A DNA stretch of 40,105 bases from Planctomycetota bacterium (GTDB taxonomy: Bacteria > Planctomycetota > Phycisphaerae > SM23-33): contig JAXIHJ010000082.1 of NCBI GenBank assembly GCA_034189755.1, forward strand, positions 1-40,105. Direction: 5' to 3'. Below are positions 27,466-35,784 of this stretch, piece by piece. The notes below the pieces were generated by a model that made no database searches, was not told the DNA's origin, and saw nothing but the letters and a program-made list of their open reading frames with translations. A program made the translations under genes and the position numbers. Positions within the stretch are counted from its first letter, which is position 1. Every line of letters starts with the position of its first letter.

Positions 27466-29208
27466 TTATTGCGCAACCGCCTCCGGCAGGACCTCTCGGA
27501 GCTGCACACGGAGGTAGTTGAGGATTTCCTTATCGGAGTTAAAACTCATCACGCGCCGGGCCGCGTCCATGCATTGGGCCATGGTGACGGAGCGGATGAT
27601 TTTCTTTACTTCCGGGATAGCCGACGGCGCGCAGGAGAATGCCCGCAGCCCCAAACCCAACAGCAGCATGGTATACACCGGATCGCCGGCCATCTCGCCG
27701 CACAGGCTGACCGATACGCCATGTCGCTGCCCGGCGCGGATAACCTGCTTGATCAGCCGAAGCACTGACGGATTAGCGGCGGTGTATAGCGAGGCGACCT
27801 TCTCGTTGCCGCGGTCCACCGCCATGGTGTACTGGATCAGGTCGTTGGTCCCGATGGAAAAGAAATCCACCTCTTGTGCGAACGCGTCGCACTGGAGCGC
27901 CGCCGATGGCGTCTCCACCATCATCCCGACGGGAATGTCGTTGCAGTGGGGCAGGTCCTCTTCTTCCAGGTCCTCGGCAACGTCTCGCACTATCATCTTG
28001 GCCTGGCGGAGTTCCGTCAGATTGGAAATCAGCGGGAAGAGCATCGAGACTTCCGCATCCACGCAGGCCCGGAGGATTGCGCGTATCTGCGTCTTGAACA
28101 GGGCGAGATTCTGGAGGCAGAAGCGAATACTCCGCAGTCCGAGGAACGGGTTGCGCTCGGGAGCGCGGGACCGGGACTGTGTGTACTTGTCGGCCCCGAG
28201 GTCCAACGTGCGGATAATGATAGGCCGGCCCTGGCATATTTCTATCACCCGGCGGTAAGCGTGATAGTGATCTTCCTCGGTCGGCTCGGTGTCGCTGCCG
28301 AGGTAGAGGAACTCCGTCCGATACAGGCCGATGCCCTGTCCGCCCTTTTCCAGAACGCCGTTGGCTTCGTTGGGAAATTCGATATTGCCCAGCAGCGTCG
28401 CCTCGTGTCCATCGCTGGTGATGGCCGGCAAGTCGCGCAGCGCGTCCAGGCTGTGGACGAAATCGACCTGTTGCTGGGCGAGCTGCTCGTACTTGCGGAC
28501 TGTTTCTTCGTCGGGGTCGATAATGACCACGCCGCTGGTGCCGTCTATGATGACGATATCGCCGCCGGCAGCGTCAGCCGTTACGTCGTTCAGCCCCACC
28601 ACGGCAGGCAGGCCCAGCGCGCGGGCGACGATGGCGGTGTGGCTGGTTTGGCCGCCGGCATCAGTTGCCATGCCCCGAACGTGCTGGCGGTCCATGTCGG
28701 CTGTCTGTGAGGGCGTCAAATCATGCGCCAGCACTATCCGGTCCTGTCTCAGGTTCGACAAAAGCCGGCGATGCTGGCCGATTAAATTCCGAAGCAGCCG
28801 CTTCTCAATGTCGTAAACGTCCTTGACCCGATCGGCCAGGTACTCCGGCATGGACAGAAAGTCCTTGGCGAAGTCGCGAAGCACCGTCGCGACGGCGTAC
28901 TCAGCCGTTACGTGGTCGCCCGTGATACTGTCGCTGAATTTCTTCTGAAGGACCTTGTCGTCCAACAGGCCCAGGTGAAAGTCGAAAATGCTGGCGGTTT
29001 CCTTGCCGAGCCGCTTGGCGGTCTGCTTGCGGAGCTGGAGAATATCCTTGCGGGAGACGTCGCAGGCCTTTTTCAGGCGGGCCAGCTCTTCCTGCGCGCA
29101 GTCCGTGGGCACATGACGTTCGGGTATGTCAAATTCCTCGGTGTCAACGACCACAGCCGGGCCTATCGCCATACCGGGTGACACTCCTATACCCTTCTTG
29201 GTTTTCAT
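27466..29208 (-). CDS. ptsI: PEP-protein phosphotransferase (PTS enzyme I)
   Basis: SHTAIVAR phospho-His motif, GLYRTEF, RTLDLGADK, NPFLGLR, FSIGTNDL, CGEMAG. Confidence 0.96.
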   Translation of the reverse strand: MKTKKGIGVSPGMAIGPAVVVDTEEFDIPERHVPTDCAQEELARLKKACDVSRKDILQLRKQTAKRLGKETASIFDFHLGLLDDKVLQKKFSDSITGDHVTAEYAVATVLRDFAKDFLSMPEYLADRVKDVYDIEKRLLRNLIGQHRRLLSNLRQDRIVLAHDLTPSQTADMDRQHVRGMATDAGGQTSHTAIVARALGLPAVVGLNDVTADAAGGDIVIIDGTSGVVIIDPDEETVRKYEQLAQQQVDFVHSLDALRDLPAITSDGHEATLLGNIEFPNEANGVLEKGGQGIGLYRTEFLYLGSDTEPTEEDHYHAYRRVIEICQGRPIIIRTLDLGADKYTQSRSRAPERNPFLGLRSIRFCLQNLALFKTQIRAILRACVDAEVSMLFPLISNLTELRQAKMIVRDVAEDLEEEDLPHCNDIPVGMMVETPSAALQCDAFAQEVDFFSIGTNDLIQYTMAVDRGNEKVASLYTAANPSVLRLIKQVIRAGQRHGVSVSLCGEMAGDPVYTMLLLGLGLRAFSCAPSAIPEVKKIIRSVTMAQCMDAARRVMSFNSDKEILNYLRVQLREVLPEAVAQ

Positions 29209-29243
29209 GGGCCGCTTCTCGCAAAATTGCTCGAACGAAAGTT

Positions 29244-29552
29244 TTATTCTTCGCTAGAGACGGTGCTTGCCTCGTCCGGCTTCATTTCACCAAAGCCGTT
29301 TTCCACCAGTTGTACCAGGACGGCGGCAGCCTGCTCGGCGTCGTGGCCGTCCGCGACGATCTTCAGCACTGCGCCCTGCGTCGCCGCCAGCCTCATTACC
29401 GACATGATGCTCTTGGCGTCCACGGTGATAGGCCCGTTGGAGACCTCCACCTTGCTGGTATAGCCGTTGGCCAACTCCACGATCTGCATCGCCGGACGCG
29501 CATGCAGTCCGTACTTGTTGGGAATCGTCACTTCTCGTTCGATCGTGGTCAA
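29244..29552 (-). CDS. ptsH: HPr family phosphocarrier
   Basis: GLHARPA (His15) and DAKSIM (Ser46) motifs. Confidence 0.95.
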   Translation of the reverse strand: MTTIEREVTIPNKYGLHARPAMQIVELANGYTSKVEVSNGPITVDAKSIMSVMRLAATQGAVLKIVADGHDAEQAAAVLVQLVENGFGEMKPDEASTVSSEE

Positions 29553-29607
29553 TTCAAAATCTCAGCCAACTCGTTTTTGCTGAAAACCTTCCAGGTCCGG
29601 GGCGACG

Positions 29608-30075
29608 CTAGGCTACTTCATCGGCTTCCTGGATGAGTTCAATGAGGTCTTGTTTCGTCTCACTCTGGCGAAGAAACTTGCGGAAGATATCCCGTTGGAC
29701 GTTTTTGAAAATAGCTTCCATTGCCTGGAGGTGCTCGTCCGGGCCGTCCGGATTTGAAAGAAGCAAAATCACCGAATACACTGGTTTGGAATCAAGCGCA
29801 GCGAAGTCGACACCCTCGGCGGATCGCCCGATGGTGCCAACCGGTCTTTTCAGACCTTTCAGCTTGGCGTGCGGCAGCGCCACACCCTTTCCGATGCCCG
29901 TAGTGGCCTGCGACTCGCGGGCAATGACCGCTTTAACAACAGCCGCAACGTTCTTCCTGGCGACCGCTCCGGCTGAAGCAAGCGCCTCGACCAACTCTTC
30001 GATTGCCTCGTTCCGCGTCTTGGCCTTCAACTGCGGGACAATCGCATCGGCAACCATGATATCCGTCAACTTCAT
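29608..30075 (-). CDS. PTS EIIA, Ntr/fructose type
   Basis: RESQATTGIGKGVALPHAK and GVDFAALD motifs. Confidence 0.92.
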   Translation of the reverse strand: MKLTDIMVADAIVPQLKAKTRNEAIEELVEALASAGAVARKNVAAVVKAVIARESQATTGIGKGVALPHAKLKGLKRPVGTIGRSAEGVDFAALDSKPVYSVILLLSNPDGPDEHLQAMEAIFKNVQRDIFRKFLRQSETKQDLIELIQEADEVA

Positions 30076-30184
30076 TCAGTGCTCCTGCTGTGATTCCTGT
30101 TGGGAACCGCCACTACGGGCGGGACATAAGTGTACCGAGTTCCGCCCAGTACCGCCAGAGACCACTGCCCGAATTTCAGGGATT

Positions 30185-30526
30185 TTAGAGGGGGTGCTGC
30201 CCGCTTCGCTGGGCCGTCTCGCTGTGGGGCGGGCCTTGGCGATGGCGGACCTTGTCCTTGTGTCGCCGGATCTGCTCGGTCATCTTGTCGAGACACTGAT
30301 CCACACACGCGTACATGTCGTCGTCCCGATGCCTGGCCACGAAAGTATGCTTCCGTTTGGCCACCGCGACTATCTCGACGACAGGCTTGTCAGCTTCCAT
30401 ATCGAGAATGACCTCGATCGACTGAATCTTGTCGTAAAACCGCGGCAGCTTTGAGACTTTGCCTTCCACGTACTGCCTTATGGGTTCGGTAGTTTCCATG
30501 TGTCGAATGTTTACAGAGAAATTCAC
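30185..30526 (-). CDS. hpf: Ribosome hibernation factor, short HPF/RaiA
   Basis: RHMETTEPIRQYVEGKVSKL and DMYACVD...QIRRHKDK patterns; upstream of EIIA. Confidence 0.9.
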   Translation of the reverse strand: MNFSVNIRHMETTEPIRQYVEGKVSKLPRFYDKIQSIEVILDMEADKPVVEIVAVAKRKHTFVARHRDDDMYACVDQCLDKMTEQIRRHKDKVRHRQGPPHSETAQRSGQHPL

Positions 30527-31296
30527 GCCGGACTCTCCTTATCCTGTGATGCCGGGAGCATTCCCTGCCTGGCCTGATCGGTTTCCGCCTTGCCGAGCTG
30601 CTGGCTGACAGGCATGATCACGCCGCCGCTGACCGTGAACCTCAGCGCATCGTCGATGCTTATGGGCAAGTCGATTACGTCATCGCGCCTCACTGTAATG
30701 GTATAGCCGGTAACCGGGGTCGGGCTGGAAGGAATGAAAATAGTCAGCAGGTCTTTACTGATCTGAGTACACAGCTTGCGCATACCCGGGCCGGTCACCA
30801 GGCCCACCGACCAGATACCCTTTCGGGGATACTCCACGGCCACCACCCTGGAAAACTCCAGCTTCTTCTCCGAGAGCAGGAAATCGGTCACCTGTTTGAC
30901 GTGTGGATAAACCTGTCTTATCACCGGTGTGCGGTAAAGCGTCTGATCGACGAGTTTCCACAGGCCGCGCCCAACGAAGCTTGCCACGAATCGGCCGACG
31001 ATGTAGATGCCGGCGATCGCCAGCGTGAAGCCTATCCACCCCAGGTGATAATCCTGCCAGGCCGCCTTGACCACGTCCCAGGCCTTGTCAGGCCCCCGCC
31101 AACTGAAAGGTGTTGTGCGCGCCGCGCCGGCCTGGACCACAAGCCACTGCACGCCGACGTTCATGTACTTGCCGAGGTAACTGTCGACAAACTTGAACAC
31201 GTAGATGAGGATCATCACCGTGATCAGCGTCGGCAGCACCGCCGCCAACCCGCGAAGAAAAAATTGCCTGAAATCACTCATAAAACTCTTGGCCAC
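30523..31296 (-). CDS. DUF502 membrane protein
   Basis: FLRGLAAVLP, PVIRQVY, VVAVEYPRKGIW, FIPSSPTPVTG, SGGV. Confidence 0.88.
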   Translation of the reverse strand: MAKSFMSDFRQFFLRGLAAVLPTLITVMILIYVFKFVDSYLGKYMNVGVQWLVVQAGAARTTPFSWRGPDKAWDVVKAAWQDYHLGWIGFTLAIAGIYIVGRFVASFVGRGLWKLVDQTLYRTPVIRQVYPHVKQVTDFLLSEKKLEFSRVVAVEYPRKGIWSVGLVTGPGMRKLCTQISKDLLTIFIPSSPTPVTGYTITVRRDDVIDLPISIDDALRFTVSGGVIMPVSQQLGKAETDQARQGMLPASQDKESPA

Positions 31297-31346
31297 AACC
31301 GGACTCCTAATTCGGGCAGTCGGGCGTGCGCCCCCGACAGAAGCGG

Positions 31347-31375
31347 ATTCTAGCTGTTAAGCCCGGCTGCGTCAA
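31347..31375 (-). promoter_or_regulatory. Putative sigma70 promoter for the DUF502-hpf-PTS operon
   Basis: TTGACG-17 nt-TAGAAT on the minus strand. Confidence 0.6.
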
Positions 31376-31471
31376 GCGCCGGCGGCTGCTCGAGACGCGC
31401 ACGCTTGACAGTGCAGCCGGTTTTTCGTAGGAGTAGACCTTTTTGCCCCCCCTGGGCTAATAAAGGATGCC

Positions 31472-32677
31472 ATGAAGGTCTTTGTCGTCAATTGCGGCAG
31501 CAGTTCCATCAAGTACCAGCTGTTCGATATGACCGACGAATCGGTGCTGGGGCGGGGGGTCCTGGAGCGTCTGGGCACCGGCCACGCCAGGCTGCATCAC
31601 ACCGCCGACGGCACGACGCGCGAGATGTCTGTCGCTGCGGACGACCACACCGCTGGGATGAAGATGATCGTCGAGATGCTGGTCGACCCGAAGACAGGCG
31701 TGCTTTCAAGTATCGACGAGGTTGAAGGCGTCGGCCATCGTGTCGTTCACGGGGCTGAGGAAATTACAGAATCACGGCTTATCGACGAACAGTTGCTGGC
31801 GGTAATCCGCCGCAACGTCGAACTGGCGCCGTTGCACAACCCGCCGAACCTGGCCGGCATCGAGGCCGCCAGTGCCGCCATGCCGAACGCGCCGCACGTG
31901 GCTGTGTTCGACACCGCCTTTTTGACAACGTTGCCGCCGGTGGCCTACCGCTACGCCGTGCCGGAACAGTGGTACGCGAAGCATCACGTTCGCCGGTACG
32001 GTTTTCACGGCACTTCCCATCGGTACGTAACGCTGCGTGCGGCTGAGCTTCTCGGTAAGCCTGTCGAGAAAGTGAACCTGATTACGGCGCACCTGGGCAA
32101 CGGCTGTTCGATGACGGCTATAGCCGGCGGCGTGGCGGTAGATCATTCCATGGGCATGACGCCCCTGGAGGGCCTAATCATGGGCACGCGCAGCGGGGAC
32201 GTGGACCCGGCGATCGTACTGTACATGATTTCACGGGGCCTGAGCGCCGAAGAGGTGGACCGCGCTATGAACAACTCTTCCGGGCTGCTGGGTGTCAGTC
32301 AGTGCAGCAACGATATGCGAGACGTGCTTGCCGCCGCCGATAAGGGCAACCCAAAGGCCGCGCTCGCCGTCGAGATGTTCGCCTATCGTGTGGCGAAGTA
32401 CGTCGGCGCCTACCACGCGATATTGCCGGCGGTGGATGCGGTCGTACTGACCGGCGGCATCGGCGAAAACTCCGTTCCCGTCCGCCGGGCAATCTGCCGG
32501 CGGTTGGTCGGCCTGGGGGTTGTCGGCGACCAGCAGCGCAACGACCAGACAGTCGGCGGCAAGGACGGACCAATCACCGCGGCCGGATCGGCAATGCCGG
32601 TTTGGGTGGTGCCGACCAACGAGGAACTGATGATCGCCCGCGATACACGGCAGGTTTTAGCCGGCACCGACGGGTAA
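31472..32677 (+). CDS. ackA: Acetate kinase
   Basis: NCGSSSIK, GHRVVHG, APLHNP, FDTAF, RYGFHGTSH, HLGNG, GTRSGD, GGIGEN, TNEE. Confidence 0.97.
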   Translation: MKVFVVNCGSSSIKYQLFDMTDESVLGRGVLERLGTGHARLHHTADGTTREMSVAADDHTAGMKMIVEMLVDPKTGVLSSIDEVEGVGHRVVHGAEEITESRLIDEQLLAVIRRNVELAPLHNPPNLAGIEAASAAMPNAPHVAVFDTAFLTTLPPVAYRYAVPEQWYAKHHVRRYGFHGTSHRYVTLRAAELLGKPVEKVNLITAHLGNGCSMTAIAGGVAVDHSMGMTPLEGLIMGTRSGDVDPAIVLYMISRGLSAEEVDRAMNNSSGLLGVSQCSNDMRDVLAAADKGNPKAALAVEMFAYRVAKYVGAYHAILPAVDAVVLTGGIGENSVPVRRAICRRLVGLGVVGDQQRNDQTVGGKDGPITAAGSAMPVWVVPTNEELMIARDTRQVLAGTDG

Positions 32678-32784
32678 GGCGGCTTGCACGTCGGTGAGAA
32701 TTCGTTTGCAATCGTGCCGGACCACGCGTAAAAAAGCTCCGGACGCAGGGATTACTGCATAGAAAAAGTTTGGGAGTTACTCAC

Positions 32785-33870
32785 ATGCGCACTGAAACCA
32801 AAATTGGCGTCGCGGTGGGCATCTTCGTAGCCGTGCTGGCTGTCATCTACTTTGTCCTCAATTCCGGTCCGAAGCTTCCCTCTACGGACCAGGAGCAGGC
32901 CAGCAGGAACGCGGCGCGCGACGAAGAACAGAATCTGCCCGAATTCGAGACTGCCGCTCCGTCAACCGCCGAAGAGCCGGTACCGGTCATCCCGCGGGTA
33001 AGCGAGATAGCAGAACCCTCAGATGTCGATAGTACGCCTGCCCCGGAGCATGGGCCGATTATCCCGCCCCTCACGCCGCCAGGTGGGCGGGTCACTGCGC
33101 CGAAGATCACACCCGCGTCGACGGACGCCGGGGAAGATGCGCCGATAATCCCGCGCATCCGGCCATCGGAGCTTAAACCGCCAGCCGTCGAAAAGACCTA
33201 CGTCGTGAAAAAGGGCGACGCCGGCTTCTGGGGCGTCGCCAAGAAGGTCTATGGAAACGGCAAGCATTGGCGCCTGATTGAAAAGGCCAACCCGAATGCA
33301 GTCTCCGGATTATTGCGACCCGGCCAAAAACTCATCATTCCACCGCTGCCGGAAAAGACCCGGCCGGCGGGGCTGGCCGGGTCCGTCAAGCCGGTCGGCA
33401 CGGCAGGCCGAGAGCAGAGAATCTACACCGTCCAGAAGGGCGATGCCGGCTTCTGGGGCATCGCCACGAAGGTCTACGGAGACGGCAAACATTGGCGCCT
33501 GATTGAAAACGCCAACCCGAATGCGGTCTCCAGATCATTGCGACCTGGCCAGAAGCTTATCATTCCACCGCTTGCCGACCGACCCGTAGCTGTAAGCCGG
33601 CCTGTCGCCCTGGTCGCGAAGCAGCGTACCTACGTGGTTCAGGCCGACGATTCCGGGCTTTGGGACATAGCGGTTAAGGTCTACGGTGACGGGAACCACT
33701 GGGGGCTTATCGAGAAGGCCAATCCAAGCACCGTTTCGGGTCGGCTCAGGGTGGGACAAAAGCTCGTAATTCCGCCCTTGCCTGGTGCGTCCGACATCAG
33801 GTCTGAGCGGACAGGGCGAGCGACCCGAGCGCAACCGAGTGACGGTCGGCCTATACTGGACTTGGACTAA
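32785..33870 (+). CDS. Membrane-anchored protein with Pro-rich linker and three LysM domains
   Basis: N-terminal TM helix; three YxVxxxD.G(F/L)W..A.KVYG.G.HW.LIE.ANP...L(R).GQKL.IP repeats; start ATG 32785. Confidence 0.9.
   Translation: MRTETKIGVAVGIFVAVLAVIYFVLNSGPKLPSTDQEQASRNAARDEEQNLPEFETAAPSTAEEPVPVIPRVSEIAEPSDVDSTPAPEHGPIIPPLTPPGGRVTAPKITPASTDAGEDAPIIPRIRPSELKPPAVEKTYVVKKGDAGFWGVAKKVYGNGKHWRLIEKANPNAVSGLLRPGQKLIIPPLPEKTRPAGLAGSVKPVGTAGREQRIYTVQKGDAGFWGIATKVYGDGKHWRLIENANPNAVSRSLRPGQKLIIPPLADRPVAVSRPVALVAKQRTYVVQADDSGLWDIAVKVYGDGNHWGLIEKANPSTVSGRLRVGQKLVIPPLPGASDIRSERTGRATRAQPSDGRPILDLD
33196..33783 (+). repeat. Three intragenic ~150-bp LysM-coding repeats
   Basis: Copies start near 33199, 33424 and 33631; the first two are highly similar at DNA level. 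Confidence 0.85.
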
Positions 33871-33876
33871 TCCCGC

Positions 33877-33903
33877 CAGACGCTTTAGCAGGAAGGGCGT
33901 CTG
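33877..33903 (+). terminator. Hairpin after the LysM gene, possible terminator
   Basis: CAGACGCTTT/AGGGCGTCTG stem; weak U tract. Confidence 0.4.
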
Positions 33904-34007
33904 CTTCACCAAGATTTAAACCATGCCCAGATTGGTACATAAGTATAAACCTTCAAGGCAATTGTCGGGAAGGTCCGATACGTATCGTAAAATAAGGTAG
34001 ATACGCC

Positions 34008-35720
34008 GTGCCCAAGAAGGTCATTCGACTTTTTGCCGTGGGGGTGTGTCTCTGCGCTGCCGGTGCCGGATGCAAGAAGCTCAAGCAAGACTCGGCCGAC
34101 AAGCGGCCCCTTGTTACACCGCCGCACATATCCGGGACGGTTGCCGAATACGCCCGGCTGCTTAGTGGCGACGAGTTGCCTGTTCAGGGCTACGGCGTGG
34201 TGGTTGGGCTGGGGACCAGCGGCTCGGCCGAGGTGCCGGCCCACGTTCAGGAATATCTCCGGCAATATCTGTTGAGACGCAAACTCGGCTGGTATACCCA
34301 CGGCACCGAGGCGTTAATGCCGAAGCGGATCCTGCGGGACCTGGACACCGCCGTTGTTCTTGTGGGAGCGGCTATTCCGCCGGGAGCACCGGCAGGAAGC
34401 CGGTTCGACGTATTTGTCAGCGCGATGCCGCAGACGCAGACTACCAGTCTCGACGGAGGCATCCTGTGGGGGACCGAGCTGCGTCTGGCGGTAGAAGGCA
34501 AGGCCTTCGTGGAAGGGCCTACCTTGCCCTGGGCCGAAGCCGGCGGACCAATTTTCGTCAACCCCTTTATTGATCCGACAAAACCCGCCGAAGCCGGCAA
34601 GCTAAGAACCGGGCGAATCATCGGTGGCGGGATAAACAAACGGGACCGGCAGATACGGCTGCAATTGCGACGCCCGGACTACGCCAAAGCACGTAGAATG
34701 CAGCAGAGGATCAACGCACGTTTCCGAGGCGTCTGCCGCGTCGCCAACGCCAGAGATTCATCCATCATCGAGTTGAAGATTCCCCAGTCCTATCGGGACT
34801 GGCATGAGCATTTCCTTCAGTTGGTGTTGCACCTGCCGCTGCGAAGCGCTCCGGGCAGTCCGGAGCGCAAGGCGCGGGAAATCGCCGCCGCCATGGCCGA
34901 ACCGACGGCCAATCATGAGGAGCTTTCACTGGTATGGGAAGCGATGGGGCGGCAGGTACTGCCGATTGTTCGAGAGTACTACACCTCCGGCAATGCGCCG
35001 ACGGCGTTCTATTCGGCCCGGACCGGGCTGCGGCTGAGAGACACCTCAGCCGCCGAAGTGATCCTCCGATTCGCCACGAGCGCCAACTCTGCCTTGCAGA
35101 TTCCCGCCGTCAAGGAGATCGGCCGACACCGCAGGATTCCACGCGGAATACCAACGCTGCGAAGACTCGTCGATGATGAGAACGAGCTGGTTCGCATCGC
35201 GGCCTATGAATCGCTGCTGAAGCAGGGCGATCAGGGCATGGTCCGCACGATCGACGTCTCCGGGCAGTTCAAGCTGGACCTGGTCAACTCCTCGCGCGGC
35301 TACACGATCTACGCCACGCAGACGTCCGAGCCTCGAATCGCCCTGTTCGGAAAGGACATGGCGGTGTCGCGCCCGCTGTTTTTCAACTCGCCGGATGACC
35401 TTCTTACAATCAACGCCCGGGCGGAGGATACGACGCTGACGGTCTTTCGCAAAATCCCTCGCACCGGCGGCTACAGCGATACGTTTCAGGTCGCCCCGCG
35501 AGTGGAAAAACTGGTCGTTGTGATCGGCTCGCTGCCGGAGCGGAACTTACGAGGCGAGATCAAAGGCCTTGGCCTGGCCTACAGCCAGGTCGTCGGCGTG
35601 CTGTATAGACTGTGTTACGAAAAGGACATACGGGCAAAATTCGTCTTGCAACCGCTGCCAAGCATCCAGAGAATCTATAGTCGGACTGCAACGGTGGGCA
35701 GGCCCGATACGCCGGATTGA
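34008..35720 (+). CDS. FlgI (flagellar P-ring)-like lipoprotein with HEAT-like repeats
   Basis: Lipobox AGAGC; VQGYGVVVGLGTSGS, TAVVLVGAAIPP, FDVFVSA, SLDGGIL (FlgI N-terminal pattern); LVDDENELVRIAAYESL HEAT-like segment. Confidence 0.75.
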   Translation: MPKKVIRLFAVGVCLCAAGAGCKKLKQDSADKRPLVTPPHISGTVAEYARLLSGDELPVQGYGVVVGLGTSGSAEVPAHVQEYLRQYLLRRKLGWYTHGTEALMPKRILRDLDTAVVLVGAAIPPGAPAGSRFDVFVSAMPQTQTTSLDGGILWGTELRLAVEGKAFVEGPTLPWAEAGGPIFVNPFIDPTKPAEAGKLRTGRIIGGGINKRDRQIRLQLRRPDYAKARRMQQRINARFRGVCRVANARDSSIIELKIPQSYRDWHEHFLQLVLHLPLRSAPGSPERKAREIAAAMAEPTANHEELSLVWEAMGRQVLPIVREYYTSGNAPTAFYSARTGLRLRDTSAAEVILRFATSANSALQIPAVKEIGRHRRIPRGIPTLRRLVDDENELVRIAAYESLLKQGDQGMVRTIDVSGQFKLDLVNSSRGYTIYATQTSEPRIALFGKDMAVSRPLFFNSPDDLLTINARAEDTTLTVFRKIPRTGGYSDTFQVAPRVEKLVVVIGSLPERNLRGEIKGLGLAYSQVVGVLYRLCYEKDIRAKFVLQPLPSIQRIYSRTATVGRPDTPD

Positions 35721-35784
35721 TAAACTCGGGCGCCTTGGTCATGGACGGCCTATATGTAAAAGGCGTTAAGGAGAGCGCAGATAA

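Noticed and set aside
31405-31433. ackA promoter starting with TTGACA
   Set aside because: No convincing -10 element at 16-18 nt spacing.
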